Shown here: one piece after another, positions 50,905 through 60,905 of the stretch
Numbering within the stretch: position 1 is the first letter of the stretch
Layout of the letters: every line of letters begins with the position of its first letter
Assembly (NCBI GenBank): GCA_963703285.1
Contig: OY969807.1
Coordinates: 864,001-928,000, forward strand
DNA length: 64,000 nucleotides
Reading direction: 5' to 3'
Source of the DNA: an uncultured Nitrososphaerota archaeon
GTDB lineage: Archaea > Thermoproteota > Nitrososphaeria > Nitrososphaerales > Gagatemarchaeaceae
Notes under the pieces: generated by a model
Told to the model about the DNA's origin: nothing
The model's database searches: none
Seen by the model: the letters and a program-made list of their open reading frames with translations, nothing else
Position numbers and translations under genes: made by a program

Positions 50905-52779
50905 TCAAGATACCATGAAGTTGTCCGCGATGTGCAGCCTGCGCAGCATGGCGCTCTTCTTCTCCTTGTGGGAGGCCATGCGCCTCAGTATGTCGTCGAG
51001 GGCCTTCACGGCGTCCACGACGTGCGGACCCTTGTTCAGCATGACGCACTCCGCGCCCTCCGAGAAGGCTGCGTCAGTTATCTCGGCGCGGGACGGGACC
51101 CCCGTCTTGGTCAGCGACTCGAGCACCTGGGTCGCCCAGATGACGGGCAGCTGAGCTGCCTCGCTGAACCAGAGTATCTCTTCCTGGATCTCGGCCAGCC
51201 TCTCCCAACCGCATTCGACCGCCAGGTCGCCCCGGGCTATCATCACTCCAGACCTGCGCGAGTTCATCGCAGCGAAGAGGAGGCTCGGGAGGTTGTCAAA
51301 GGCCTGCTTGGTCTCGATCTTGAGGACAATTCCGAGGTTCTCCGCTTCGAGCTCCTTGAGCCGGGCCTGCAGGGCCAAGACGTCTCGCGGGTGGCGGACG
51401 AACGACTGGCCGACCAGGTCGGCGTTCTTGGCAATGAACTTGAGGGCGTCGTCGTCCTCCTTGGAGATCGCGGGGAGGCGCAGGTCGGTCTCGGGCAGGT
51501 TTATTCCCTTATCGGGTCCCAGCCTCGCCCCTTCTGGCGGCGCGGAGGAGATCTCGACCAGAGCTCCATCCTGGTCGACCTTGATGACAACGCCGCCTAT
51601 CCTGCCGTCGTCAAACCAGATGCTCTCCCCGGGTTTCACAGACGCTATGACCTGCGGCACGGTGCAAGAGATCCGTGCTGACCGTTCGATGGAGCCGTCA
51701 ACCCTGCGTGTCGCCGGTCGACCAAGCTCTGGGGAGCGCGGGATGAGTAGGCGGTCTCCCATCTTGAGCAACAGCGGCACCGACATCGGCGCCATCTCGC
51801 CGATCGAGCCAATCAGAAGCTCCTCATCATCCCCCCTCCTGAGCGTCACGGCCTGACCCGTCTCGAAGTAGGCGGTCTTTCGCAACTCCGCAGTGATGCT
51901 CGTCTCCCCGACATCGACAACCGTGAGGGACCTTCCCGCGTCGCGAGCGTCCCTGAATCTCAACCGGTCTCCGGGCTTGACCGTACCCCTTAGTCTTACT
52001 CTTGCCTCGAGAGGGATCAGCTCGCCAATCCGCTGACTCGATGCGCCCTCAGAGCCTGTGCTCAGGACGACTAGCGCGGGCGCGACGACGGCACCCGTCT
52101 GGGACCGGCCAGGGCGCACCTTCTTCACCTTTGGACCAGGCTCTATCGGTCCCGTCCTCAGCTTCGGGCCCGGTATGTCCATTATCAGCCGGCACTCGCG
52201 CCCCGTAGCCGACCTCGCTCGCTTCAGGTTCTCTATCATTCCCGTCCACGTCGGCGGGTCGTCGTGGGCGCAGTTGATCCTCATGAGGTTCATCCCTGCT
52301 GTCAGGAGGCCTTCGACCAGGCCGTAGTCGCGGGCTGCCTCGGTGGGCATGGTGACCATTATGCGGACCGTCCGGTGCTTCGGAGAGGCGCCCAAGAGCT
52401 CGTCTGCGTTCTTCTTCAGGAGGGTCCGCCCCGCCTCATAGCTCAAGGAAGCGGGTCTGCGTGCTGGGACCGGCCCGTGGACCAGCTCGGCCAGGATGCC
52501 CGCGACTTCGTCGACGGTGGCGAGGACGTGCGCCTCCGACCTTCCCAGCGAGGAGAGTCCGACTGACGCCAGTCTCTCCTGGAGGTTTCTCAGGTCGGCG
52601 CGCCTGAGGGCCATGTAGTGTGAGAGGTTTCGTGCGCTCTCGAGGTTGCCTGGTTTTACCTCCCCCACTCGAGGCAGCGTCTCTGACTCGAGCTTCAGCA
52701 TCGATGCCCTGAGTGCGGAGACCTGGGCGAGGAGGTCGCGATAGAGCGGCTCCCGCAGGGCAGGGTCAGCTGTGGACAA
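50905..52779 (-). CDS. pyk: Pyruvate kinase, long form
   Basis: RINCAHD, GPKLRTG, KIET, MIARGDL, WATQVLES, ECVMLNKG. Confidence 0.93.
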   Translation of the reverse strand: MSTADPALREPLYRDLLAQVSALRASMLKLESETLPRVGEVKPGNLESARNLSHYMALRRADLRNLQERLASVGLSSLGRSEAHVLATVDEVAGILAELVHGPVPARRPASLSYEAGRTLLKKNADELLGASPKHRTVRIMVTMPTEAARDYGLVEGLLTAGMNLMRINCAHDDPPTWTGMIENLKRARSATGRECRLIMDIPGPKLRTGPIEPGPKVKKVRPGRSQTGAVVAPALVVLSTGSEGASSQRIGELIPLEARVRLRGTVKPGDRLRFRDARDAGRSLTVVDVGETSITAELRKTAYFETGQAVTLRRGDDEELLIGSIGEMAPMSVPLLLKMGDRLLIPRSPELGRPATRRVDGSIERSARISCTVPQVIASVKPGESIWFDDGRIGGVVIKVDQDGALVEISSAPPEGARLGPDKGINLPETDLRLPAISKEDDDALKFIAKNADLVGQSFVRHPRDVLALQARLKELEAENLGIVLKIETKQAFDNLPSLLFAAMNSRRSGVMIARGDLAVECGWERLAEIQEEILWFSEAAQLPVIWATQVLESLTKTGVPSRAEITDAAFSEGAECVMLNKGPHVVDAVKALDDILRRMASHKEKKSAMLRRLHIADNFMVS

Positions 52780-52996
52780 TCCGAGAAGTCACCCCGTTCC
52801 CGTGCTCGGTCTGTGCCAGCATCAGCTGCCCCCGACGAACCCTCGCTATATTAGCGGCTCGTATATGTTACTGGTTCGAGCGTGTTTCCATATGGCGGGG
52901 CTCTATGCAAGCTACATGGTTGGAAGGAGATGAGCCCGGAGCGATTTGATTTTAGAGTTTGCTTGGTAATCGGCCAGATAAGCCCGGTCCAATGGG

Positions 52997-53337
52997 TCAG
53001 TCCCGATATACGATTCGGTACATCATTGGCACAAGATCGTGAATGAGTTGTTAGGATGGCCTAAGAACTTGCCCCTGTCTTTTGAACTCCATGAAGTAGC
53101 CTCTACCCTTCTTCACACCGATTCGATCGCAAACAACAGTAGGAGAGAATACGGTCCAGCCTTGTCTTCTGAGTTCGTTTGCAATCCCTTCTTCATATTC
53201 CATTTGGGCATAGCGTCTCACTCTTTGTGCCTCGGAATCATGGGTTAAGCTGCGAGCGTGTATCTTCCGAAGCTCAGGATGTTTGATGTAGGAGTTCCTC
53301 CCTCGATTCTCTCCTTAGCAGTGAACTCGTGTCCCAT
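52997..53337 (-). pseudogene. Degraded PD-(D/E)xK endonuclease gene (HJR/VRR-NUC-like)
   Basis: Manual translation from 53203: MEYEEGIANELRRQGWTVFSPTVVCDRIGVKKGRGYFMEFKRQGQVLRPS*QLIHD...; internal TAA at 53053-53051 and an upstream frameshift; AT-rich. Confidence 0.7.
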
Positions 53338-53425
53338 CAACTTTGACTTGGCTTGCCGTTATAACCCCCAAGGAGTCTATCCCGCTTACCACTGTACCCT
53401 GCAAGGAATCTCTGGGACGAGATGA

Positions 53426-53547
53426 TGGGCCCGGCCGGATTTGAACCGGCGACCGACCGGTGTCTCCCGAACCTGGTATGAGCCGGTCGCTATGGTCGGT
53501 CGCTCTAACCGAACTTCCCGCTAGCTTTAGCTCTGAGCTACGGGCCC
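53426..53547 (-). tRNA. tRNA with CAT anticodon, most likely tRNA-Ile2, with three introns (19, 13, 15 nt)
   Basis: Removing 53532-53514, about 53504-53492 and 53476-53462 gives GGGCCCG TA GCTC AGTTCGGTTA GAGC G ACCGG CTCATAA CCGGT CGGTC GCCGG TTCAAAT CCGGC CGGGCCC A; the GGGCCC acceptor is Ile-type. Confidence 0.88.
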
Positions 53548-53716
53548 TGTGCCATCAGGGGCGGAGACGACCGTTTTAAGTCGTTGCGAGACGCCCTCCC
53601 TCCCCCAAGATGCTTCTGCTACAGGGAGGCGTCACGGCAATACAGGTATGTTCTCTAGAGAATAGCAAGGTCGAATGTTGCTTCCCTGAGTTAAGGATGG
53701 GCCGGGGGAGACTCGC

Positions 53717-54022
53717 ATGTCGAACCAAGGGATGCAGGAGGTTGCCAAGATCCTGCTACTGGTCGGGGGCGTGATAGCGCTCGTCGGAGGGGTTCTGGGC
53801 CTTGTCGGAGGATTCGTCACTGCCGGCCCGGTCTTGGCCCTCGTAGTCGGGATCATCTCTCTGTTGTACTACGGACACCTCGGGTCAGGGGGAGTCGTCG
53901 TGGTTCTCCTTATCCTTGGTCTGCTGCTCGCATTCCTGACCGGAGGAATAGCGAGCGTAGGGGGCATCCTGGTCGGCGTGGGCGCGCTCGTCGCTCTGGT
54001 CGTCCGCGACTTCAGGATCTGA
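53717..54022 (+). CDS. Gly-rich small multi-TM membrane protein
   Basis: Hydrophobic with GxxxG repeats; GGGGGAG RBS upstream. Confidence 0.7.
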   Translation: MSNQGMQEVAKILLLVGGVIALVGGVLGLVGGFVTAGPVLALVVGIISLLYYGHLGSGGVVVVLLILGLLLAFLTGGIASVGGILVGVGALVALVVRDFRI

Positions 54023-54099
54023 TCCTGTGCTTCTGGTTTCGAGGAGACTCTAGGCAGCGAGACTAGCAGAAGCCAAATACCGCGGACTGTTCTTAGTGC

Positions 54100-54354
54100 C
54101 TAGCCTTCCCTCGTCGTGCTCTTTACGCTCTTCACTTTCTTGAAGTCGCTGACATCTATTCCGTACTTCTTGGCCGCCGCGAGTATTCGGCGTCTGGCCG
54201 TGGCGGGATGACAGAACTTCGATTCGACCTGGTTGAACCTCGCCATGGCATTACGCACGTGCGCGGCATCGTTTATGGGAAGCTTGCGGTCCCTCGGGCA
54301 GGCGAACGACTGGCTCTCGAGCCTGTTCCTCTTCTTCGTAGTCAGGTCAGCCAT
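54100..54354 (-). CDS. DUF6582-like small basic protein
   Basis: SFACPRDRKLPINDAAHVRNAMARFNQV...ILAAAKKYGI. Confidence 0.7.
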   Translation of the reverse strand: MADLTTKKRNRLESQSFACPRDRKLPINDAAHVRNAMARFNQVESKFCHPATARRRILAAAKKYGIDVSDFKKVKSVKSTTREG

Positions 54355-54460
54355 GTTGATGTATCAGCGTCCGGGGACAAAGTAGTTGTGCATGACTCTT
54401 CTGATGGAGCGAGTCGGGCCCCGAAGGCTCTTGACCAACCCCTAAGCCTAAATATTATAT

Positions 54461-54784
54461 GTGAAGGGCCCCAAAGTAGTAGCAGTGAGCAGCAGAGACC
54501 CCGAAGAGGGATTCGACGACATCCTGGCCGAACTCGACAAGGAAGAAGCGCGAATCAGGGTAAGGATGGAGATGAGGAGGTTCGGGAAGCCCACGACCGT
54601 CGTCGAGGGGCTCAAGATGAGCGAGAAGGACCTGCAGGAGCTTGGCACGAGGATGAAGAAGATACTCGCCACCGGGGGCACGGTGAAGGACGGGGTGATA
54701 ATCCTGCAGGGAGACCACAGGGATCGTTCCGTCGAGATACTCGTGAAGCAGGGTTTCTCCGAGAGCTCGATCGAAGTCATCTAA
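54461..54784 (+). CDS. Translation initiation factor SUI1 (aIF-1)
   Basis: RRFGKPTTVVEG, ATGGTVKDG, LQGDHR. Confidence 0.92.
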   Translation: MKGPKVVAVSSRDPEEGFDDILAELDKEEARIRVRMEMRRFGKPTTVVEGLKMSEKDLQELGTRMKKILATGGTVKDGVIILQGDHRDRSVEILVKQGFSESSIEVI

Positions 54785-54870
54785 AGCGGGAGCGCGCACC
54801 GCGGCGCTAGGAGGCGCGTCATGCCCGGCACCCTTAATTCATGAGGCTCGAAGAGGAGGCTCTGTCAGGC

Positions 54871-55737
54871 ATGACCGGAATCTTCGACTACATCTTGGTG
54901 ATGCTCCTGGTCTCGGTCGTCGCCGGGCTCATCGGCTCGCTGGTCGGGATAGGCGGAGGCATACTCGTGGTTCCCGCCCTCACGCTCCTCTTTGGCGTCC
55001 CGATCCAGTACGCGATCGGGGCCAGCATCGTCTCGGTGATAGCAACCTCGAGCGGGTCGGCCTCGGCCTACGTCCGCGACCACCTCACCAACCTCCGAAT
55101 AGGCATGTTCCTCGAGATAGGATCCACGGTTGGGGCGATTGTGGGCGCGGTAGCCAGCATAGCCCTTGTCAGGAGCGGCTACTCGTGGGTCGTCTTCCTC
55201 ACGTTCGGAGCTCTCCTAATGGTCTCCGCCTACAGCACGGCGATTAGGATCAGGAACGAGTGGAGGAGGGGCGCCGAGGTGGTCAACCACACGCCTAACA
55301 GGATCTCTGAGAGGCTAAGGTTGACTGGAGACTACTACGACTCGGCCACAAGGACGAGGGTGACGTACATAGCCGACAAGGTCTTCCCGGCCTTCGGGGT
55401 GATGTTCACAGCGGGAATCCTCTCCGCCCTGCTTGGTGTCGGGGGCGGTATACTCAAGGTCGTGGGATTGGACAGTTTCATGAAGCTCCCGTTCAAGGTG
55501 TCCACGACCACGAGCAACTTCATGATAGGCGTGACCGCGGCCGCCAGCACGGCCATTTACTATATCGGCGGCTTCGTGAACCCGGTGCTCGCTGCCCCAG
55601 TCGCGCTGGGGGTCGTCGCAGGATCCTACGTCGGAACCAAGATTCTAGTCCGCACGAAGGCGAGCGCGCTCCGCTGGGTCTTCATAGTCGCACTGGTGAT
55701 CATCGGCGTCGAGATGATTCACGAGGGCCTGCCTTGA
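54871..55737 (+). CDS. TauE/SafE family exporter
   Basis: GSLVGIGGG, SVIATSSG, STTTSNFMIGVTAA. Confidence 0.9.
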   Translation: MTGIFDYILVMLLVSVVAGLIGSLVGIGGGILVVPALTLLFGVPIQYAIGASIVSVIATSSGSASAYVRDHLTNLRIGMFLEIGSTVGAIVGAVASIALVRSGYSWVVFLTFGALLMVSAYSTAIRIRNEWRRGAEVVNHTPNRISERLRLTGDYYDSATRTRVTYIADKVFPAFGVMFTAGILSALLGVGGGILKVVGLDSFMKLPFKVSTTTSNFMIGVTAAASTAIYYIGGFVNPVLAAPVALGVVAGSYVGTKILVRTKASALRWVFIVALVIIGVEMIHEGLP

Positions 55738-56144
55738 GCGCTGGCGCTGACACTCCCAAGGGGGACATGAATGCGATAATAAGCGGGGTGCTTCTGTATG
55801 GGGTCATCGTCAGCACGATTCTGGTGCTGGCAGGCGTGGTAATCCTCTTCGTGAGCACCCCGCAGTCATTTCCCGGCACCCTCGGGCAGCTGACCTCATC
55901 AAACTACGGAAAACCGACACTGGATCTGTCGCAGCTGCTGAGCGGGGTGGCGGCCGCGAACCCAATCTACATGATCCAGCTTGGGCTCATAGTGCTCCTT
56001 GCGACGCCCGTCGCAAGAGTCGCGGCTTCGGTAATCATGTTCGCCGTGGAGAGGGATAGGACGTATGTCGTCATCACCCTCGTCGTGCTGGGCGTGCTTC
56101 TCTTTGGACTGTTTGTTATCGGACCCATCGAAGCGGCGGCCTAG
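55734..56144 (+). CDS. DUF1634 membrane protein
   Basis: LGLIVLLATPVARV...ERDRTY; typical partner of TauE. Confidence 0.85.
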   Translation: MSAGADTPKGDMNAIISGVLLYGVIVSTILVLAGVVILFVSTPQSFPGTLGQLTSSNYGKPTLDLSQLLSGVAAANPIYMIQLGLIVLLATPVARVAASVIMFAVERDRTYVVITLVVLGVLLFGLFVIGPIEAAA

Positions 56145-56170
56145 GGAGGCCGGTCCTCAAGCGAGCGCAG

Positions 56171-56641
56171 TCATCTGACTATCATGACAGAGCATGGGGC
56201 GTGCGAGACTACGCCCGTCGAGACGCTTCCGAGGAGGAGCTTCTTGAAGCCTCCGAGCCCCCTTGTGCCCATTACGATGAGGTCGACGTCCTCCTTCTCC
56301 GCGTACTCGATGATCGCGCCGACGGTAGAAGAGACGGGCTCAATCACCTCGCCCCTCGCGTCGACGCCCTGGTCCTTCGCCAGCGCGACGGCTGACTCCA
56401 CAGCGCGCTTGGACTCCGCGCTCCCGAGCTGATAGTACTCCGTCAGATCAGCCGGCGCCCCCGCCGGTCCGGTGAACGAGAAACCGGGAGCCGCGACGAC
56501 GCTGAGGACCAGGGCCTTCGCGCCGTAGGTCTTTGCTAGCTCGAAAGCGACCTTCGCCGACCTCTCTGCGGACTCGGAACCGTCGACCGGGACGAGTATC
56601 GTCCTTATCAGCGTCCCGTCCGTCTTGGTGCTGGCCTGCAT
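56171..56641 (-). CDS. Universal stress protein
   Basis: ILVPVDGS, DLIVMGTRG, LLGSVS, APCSVMIVR. Confidence 0.93.
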   Translation of the reverse strand: MQASTKTDGTLIRTILVPVDGSESAERSAKVAFELAKTYGAKALVLSVVAAPGFSFTGPAGAPADLTEYYQLGSAESKRAVESAVALAKDQGVDARGEVIEPVSSTVGAIIEYAEKEDVDLIVMGTRGLGGFKKLLLGSVSTGVVSHAPCSVMIVR

Positions 56642-56769
56642 CTTGGGTTCGAGGTGGGGCGCCTGTCGGACGTATTTAAGCGAAGACGACCCGCACGCGA
56701 AATCGCTCCGGTCCGCTGGCCCGCCGGCAAGGCGCTGGCGCGTCCCGGTCCCCGGTCAGGGAAGCGTTG

Positions 56770-58305
56770 CTACCCTGCGATTGGCTGGGGGGAGCTCATC
56801 GCCTGCGCCTCTGCCGAATCCGAGCGGGTGGGTTCCCGCGCCGGGGGCTGAAGGTGCCTGCTGAGGTTCATCGACTTCAACGTGAAGATGCCGAATCCGA
56901 CCAAAGATACAGAGAGGAACCACACGCCATCAAAGAAGACCTCGACCGCCAGGAGGATCGCAGCGACCGCCAGCACGCCCTCGACGATCGCGTTCTTGTC
57001 GTTCGTGAGGTGGCGGAAGTACCCCTTCTTCGTCGCCTCCCCCGAACCGCCATGAGGGGTCCTGTAGGGGAAGAAGCCCGTCCGATTGAATATTCCGTAG
57101 AAGAACGCGACCGACCCAAGACTCAGCATGGCGCCCGTCGCGTAACCTAGCAAGGGGATCATGACGACGTTTCGGACCGTCATCAGGCCCTGCACCCAAA
57201 GTGCCCAGATTCCCGAGGCCATGGATATCGCGAAGGGGACGGCGACGAAGCCGATGTAGAACGGGTTGTTGAAAATCGAGTATGCGGGCTGGACCACGCC
57301 GAGGATCACCGCGATTGCGGAGAGGAAGGTCACCAGAATCCAGCTGAAGCCGGAGAACGGACCGAGCAGCATCAGCAGCAGCCCGGCCTTCGTCCTCGTG
57401 CTGACGTTCCGGGCCGTAAGGATGCTCCTCCAGTACTTTGCGATGCACCTCCACCAGCCTTGGGAGGTCCTCGCGACCTGCTTCTTCCAGGCCTCGAGGG
57501 TGGACGGGTCCTCGCTCATTATCTTGACACTGCTTAGATAGATCCCGCGCTTTCCTGCGAGGTACATCTTGATGGAGACGTCCCCGTCGTCGGCGATCCT
57601 CTCGTTGGACCACTGTCCCACACCCCTGAGGTCCTTGGACCTCACCAGGGCGAACCCTCCCTGGAATGAGAAGGGCACGTCAATCCGGTAGGCGCCCATC
57701 TTGGAGAGCGTGTCTCCGATGTCCTGGTAGAGAGCGAAGAGGCGCGTTATCAGGTTGTAGTTCCTGTTGTAGTGCCCGTACCTGAACGAGACGAAGGAGG
57801 CCCGCGGGTGGCTCTCCATCGCGTCGATGCCCTTGTTGAGGACGTCAGGGGGTACGATGGAGTCGGCGTCGAGGAGGAGCACGAAGTCGCCTGCGACCTG
57901 ATCCATGGCCTTGTTCAGCGCACCGCATTTGAAGTTCTCCCGGCTCGTCCGTCTCGAGACGACGGCTCTGATCCCGAATTCGTTCAGCTCTCGCACCTTC
58001 TCGTCGACTATCCCGACCGTCTGGTCGTTGGAGTCGTCGGCTATCACAACCTGGAGCCTATCGTGGGGGTAGTCGATGTTCTTCAGCGCATCGAGGGAGC
58101 GCGCTATGACGTACCTCTCGTTGTAGGACGCGATCAGGACGGAGACCATCGGGTGGTCCAAAAGCATTACGGCCCGGGTTTCGAGGTCTCTGGGGTATTT
58201 GGTCGAGGTTCCTAGGAGAAGAAGCCAGTAGTACTCCAAGCCCAACACTGGGACGGTGATGACGAGCGTGAGAATCTCGATGAGGAACCAGATCTGGATT
58301 GTCAA
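56770..58305 (-). CDS. Membrane GT2 glycosyltransferase (cellulose synthase-like)
   Basis: DDS, KCGALN, LLDAD, ADD, QVART (QxxRW variant), multiple TMs. Confidence 0.88.
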   Translation of the reverse strand: MTIQIWFLIEILTLVITVPVLGLEYYWLLLLGTSTKYPRDLETRAVMLLDHPMVSVLIASYNERYVIARSLDALKNIDYPHDRLQVVIADDSNDQTVGIVDEKVRELNEFGIRAVVSRRTSRENFKCGALNKAMDQVAGDFVLLLDADSIVPPDVLNKGIDAMESHPRASFVSFRYGHYNRNYNLITRLFALYQDIGDTLSKMGAYRIDVPFSFQGGFALVRSKDLRGVGQWSNERIADDGDVSIKMYLAGKRGIYLSSVKIMSEDPSTLEAWKKQVARTSQGWWRCIAKYWRSILTARNVSTRTKAGLLLMLLGPFSGFSWILVTFLSAIAVILGVVQPAYSIFNNPFYIGFVAVPFAISMASGIWALWVQGLMTVRNVVMIPLLGYATGAMLSLGSVAFFYGIFNRTGFFPYRTPHGGSGEATKKGYFRHLTNDKNAIVEGVLAVAAILLAVEVFFDGVWFLSVSLVGFGIFTLKSMNLSRHLQPPAREPTRSDSAEAQAMSSPQPIAG

Positions 58306-58590
58306 TTGTCCGACGCCCCGTCGGTGACACTCCAGTCTTTGGGGTAGTTATGTAAGCCTTTGCTCGGTTTCCTAGTTACTTTTGGAGCATTCGCCCAGGT
58401 TTCAATGAGTTTTCAGCCAGCCGCCAGAGACGTCGCGCCCCTTGGCCAAGCCTTCGGGCAAAACACCCGGAATCAATCTATCTTCCCCAGCTGGGAAGAG
58501 GCCTGCAGCACCCGTCCACCCAACAGAGATATAGCCGCTCCAGGGGCGGTCTCCAGTAGACAGGGCTAGCGTCATCAGAGTATAGTCGAA

Positions 58591-59769
58591 ATGGTCCCAC
58601 GTAGAGTTTACTTCGCCGTCTTCGGGTCTGGGCTCGGACACGTCAGCCGTATCCTCGACCTAGCGACGCTCCTTGAGCGGCAGGGGGACGAGTTCCGGTT
58701 CTCGTGCTCAGACCAAGCGCTAGGATACCTCAGGATGAGCGGGAGGGGCGGTGACGCGATAAAATGCCCCTCCCTCGACGTCGAGTGGACAGAGGCTGGC
58801 AGCGTCTCCTCGAAGGACTTCATCCCGAGGTTCCCGTTCATGTTCAACACCTTCCTCCGACAGGTCGCCTTCGAGCGTGAGAACATTGAAAGGTTCGACC
58901 CGGGGGTCGTGGTCTCCGACTCGAGACTCTCTCCGATCCTCGCCGCGAGGGCGAAGTCCTATCCAGTGATCACGATGCTGAACCAGTTCAAGGTGAGCTT
59001 TCCCCCCAGGTTCGGTGGGAACCAGATGGGGAGGTTCTACGAAAGGGTCGCGGGGGATGTACTCGGCCTCCTCTGGTCCCTGAGCGACGAGGTCCTGATG
59101 ACGGACCTCCCTCCGCCTTACACCATCGGTGAGGCGAACCTCGCGGGTACCGACGTCTCGAGAATCGTGAAGTACGTCGGTTTCACATCCCCGGATACGC
59201 CGCCCGACCCCGAGAAAATCAGATCGGTCAGGTCGGCCCTCGACATCGACGACAGGCCTCTCGCGTTCTTCCAGATCAGCGGACCAGACGTCACCAAGAG
59301 GAGCTTCGTGAACACGGTCATCCAGTCGAGCGACGAGTTGGCGCGCAGGTACAACATCGTCATCTCGATGGGTTTCCCCAGCGGCTCGGGAGAGCCGCGC
59401 AGGCTCGCGAACGGGTCCTGGGTCTACGACTGGTGTCCCGTCAAGGATGAGCTCTTCGAGCTGTCGAGCCTGGTCGTGGCGAGGGCTGGCCACAGGACCA
59501 TAGGCCAGTGCATAGATGCGGGCAAGCCGGCGGTCCTCGTACCGATACACAACCACTCGGAACAGATCGGAAACTCAAACAAGTTCAGCGAACTCGGGCT
59601 GGGGATCAGCATACGCTCGGAGAGGCTGACGGTCCAGAGCCTGACAGAGTCTGTCGAGACCTGCCTCACCGATCCGAGCTACAGCGACAACGTCGAAAAG
59701 CTGAGGCGCATATCCAAGAGGTACAACGGAATCCAGCGGTGCGCCGAGGTCGTGGACTCCTACCTCTAA
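58591..59769 (+). CDS. GT-B glycosyltransferase (GT28/MurG-like)
   Basis: GSGLGH, VVSD, ARAGH, HSEQ..N. Confidence 0.85.
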   Translation: MVPRRVYFAVFGSGLGHVSRILDLATLLERQGDEFRFSCSDQALGYLRMSGRGGDAIKCPSLDVEWTEAGSVSSKDFIPRFPFMFNTFLRQVAFERENIERFDPGVVVSDSRLSPILAARAKSYPVITMLNQFKVSFPPRFGGNQMGRFYERVAGDVLGLLWSLSDEVLMTDLPPPYTIGEANLAGTDVSRIVKYVGFTSPDTPPDPEKIRSVRSALDIDDRPLAFFQISGPDVTKRSFVNTVIQSSDELARRYNIVISMGFPSGSGEPRRLANGSWVYDWCPVKDELFELSSLVVARAGHRTIGQCIDAGKPAVLVPIHNHSEQIGNSNKFSELGLGISIRSERLTVQSLTESVETCLTDPSYSDNVEKLRRISKRYNGIQRCAEVVDSYL

Positions 59770-59792
59770 ACGCGTGCCGCCCAGCCCCAGGG

Positions 59793-60773
59793 TCAGATGT
59801 TGTAGATGACCTTGCTTCCCTCGAAGTCGAATTTGAACCTGAATTCGACGAGGCCTTCCTTCGAGAGTGCAGCCCTGACCTTCTGCCTCCCCTCTTCGCA
59901 GTAGAGCATGAGGAAACCCCCGCCGCCGGCTCCCACTAGCTTCCCGCCGAGAGCGCCGTTTTGCCTAGCGGTCGAGTACCAAGAGTCGATGGCGTCGCTC
60001 GAGATGCTGCTCGTAACGTCGCGCTTTATCGACCAGTGCTCGTGGAGCAGCTCTCCGAACCTCCTAAGGTCGCCAGACTCGAGGCTCTTCTTGCTCTCGA
60101 CCCCTATGGCCTTGATCCGGTGCATCTTCTCGACGGCGTCTCCGCTCTGGGATACCATCTCCTGCTGCTTGCCCAGGATGTCGCTCGCACGCCTCGTGAT
60201 CCCTGTGTAGAACATCATGATGCCGAACTCGAGCTCGGCGAGCGTGTCGTCGGCTATGCGAAGATCCCTGGCGGTGACCCTGCCGCTCCTGTCGATTTCG
60301 TAGTACTTGAGCCCCCCCAGGCTTGCGACGTACTCGTCCTGCTTACCGGATGGCTCGTGGAGCCGGTTCTGGGCTATGTCGCATGACTCTTCTGCGATCT
60401 CTTCGGGCGTCTTCACTATCCGCTCGTGCGCGTAGAGGGCGTTCAGCAGCCCCACAGTGAAGCTGCCCGACGAGCCGAGGCCCGTCGCCGCAGGGACGTC
60501 GGCCAACGAGACTATCTCTATCCTGCCCTTGAAGTTCAGCATCTTCAGGGCCTCCCGGACCAGGGGGTGCCTGATCGACTCCGGAACGTCGACTATCTCG
60601 GTCTGCGAGTAGCTCACCCTTATGCCCGGCTCGAAGCGGTCGTTGAGCACGATGTGCATGTATTTGGCGACAGCCCCGGAGAGGAAGAACCCCCCGTGTT
60701 CCTTGTAGTAGGCGGGAAGGTCCGTTCCTCCTCCGCCGAGAGGCAGTCTGAAGGGCGTCCTAGAGACGATCAA
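59793..60773 (-). CDS. hddA: GHMP sugar kinase, D-glycero-alpha-D-manno-heptose-7-phosphate kinase-like
   Basis: TTG start, RTPFRLPLGGGGTD, GLGSSG, GKQD, GGKLVGAGGGGF. Confidence 0.85.
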   Translation of the reverse strand: MIVSRTPFRLPLGGGGTDLPAYYKEHGGFFLSGAVAKYMHIVLNDRFEPGIRVSYSQTEIVDVPESIRHPLVREALKMLNFKGRIEIVSLADVPAATGLGSSGSFTVGLLNALYAHERIVKTPEEIAEESCDIAQNRLHEPSGKQDEYVASLGGLKYYEIDRSGRVTARDLRIADDTLAELEFGIMMFYTGITRRASDILGKQQEMVSQSGDAVEKMHRIKAIGVESKKSLESGDLRRFGELLHEHWSIKRDVTSSISSDAIDSWYSTARQNGALGGKLVGAGGGGFLMLYCEEGRQKVRAALSKEGLVEFRFKFDFEGSKVIYNI

Positions 60774-60905
60774 TTGTGACCGGTTCGCTCCACACCTGCG
60801 CTCCGGTGCCTGGATATAACACATAGCCATGTGTGGTCCGGCCTCGCAGGGGTGCCCTTCGCTGGCAAAGGTAATTAACGAACCCGGTGGGAGCGGGAAT
60901 CAGGC

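Noticed and set aside
46058-52910. Recurrent CATAT(G) boxes near the pstS, 47.5 kb and pyk promoters as a Pho-box
   Set aside because: Too short and AT-rich to distinguish from TATA-region background by eye.
58310-58590. Intergenic hairpin TCTTCCC-CAGCT-GGGAAGA and short ORFs
   Set aside because: A single hairpin with no other support for an ncRNA or CDS.
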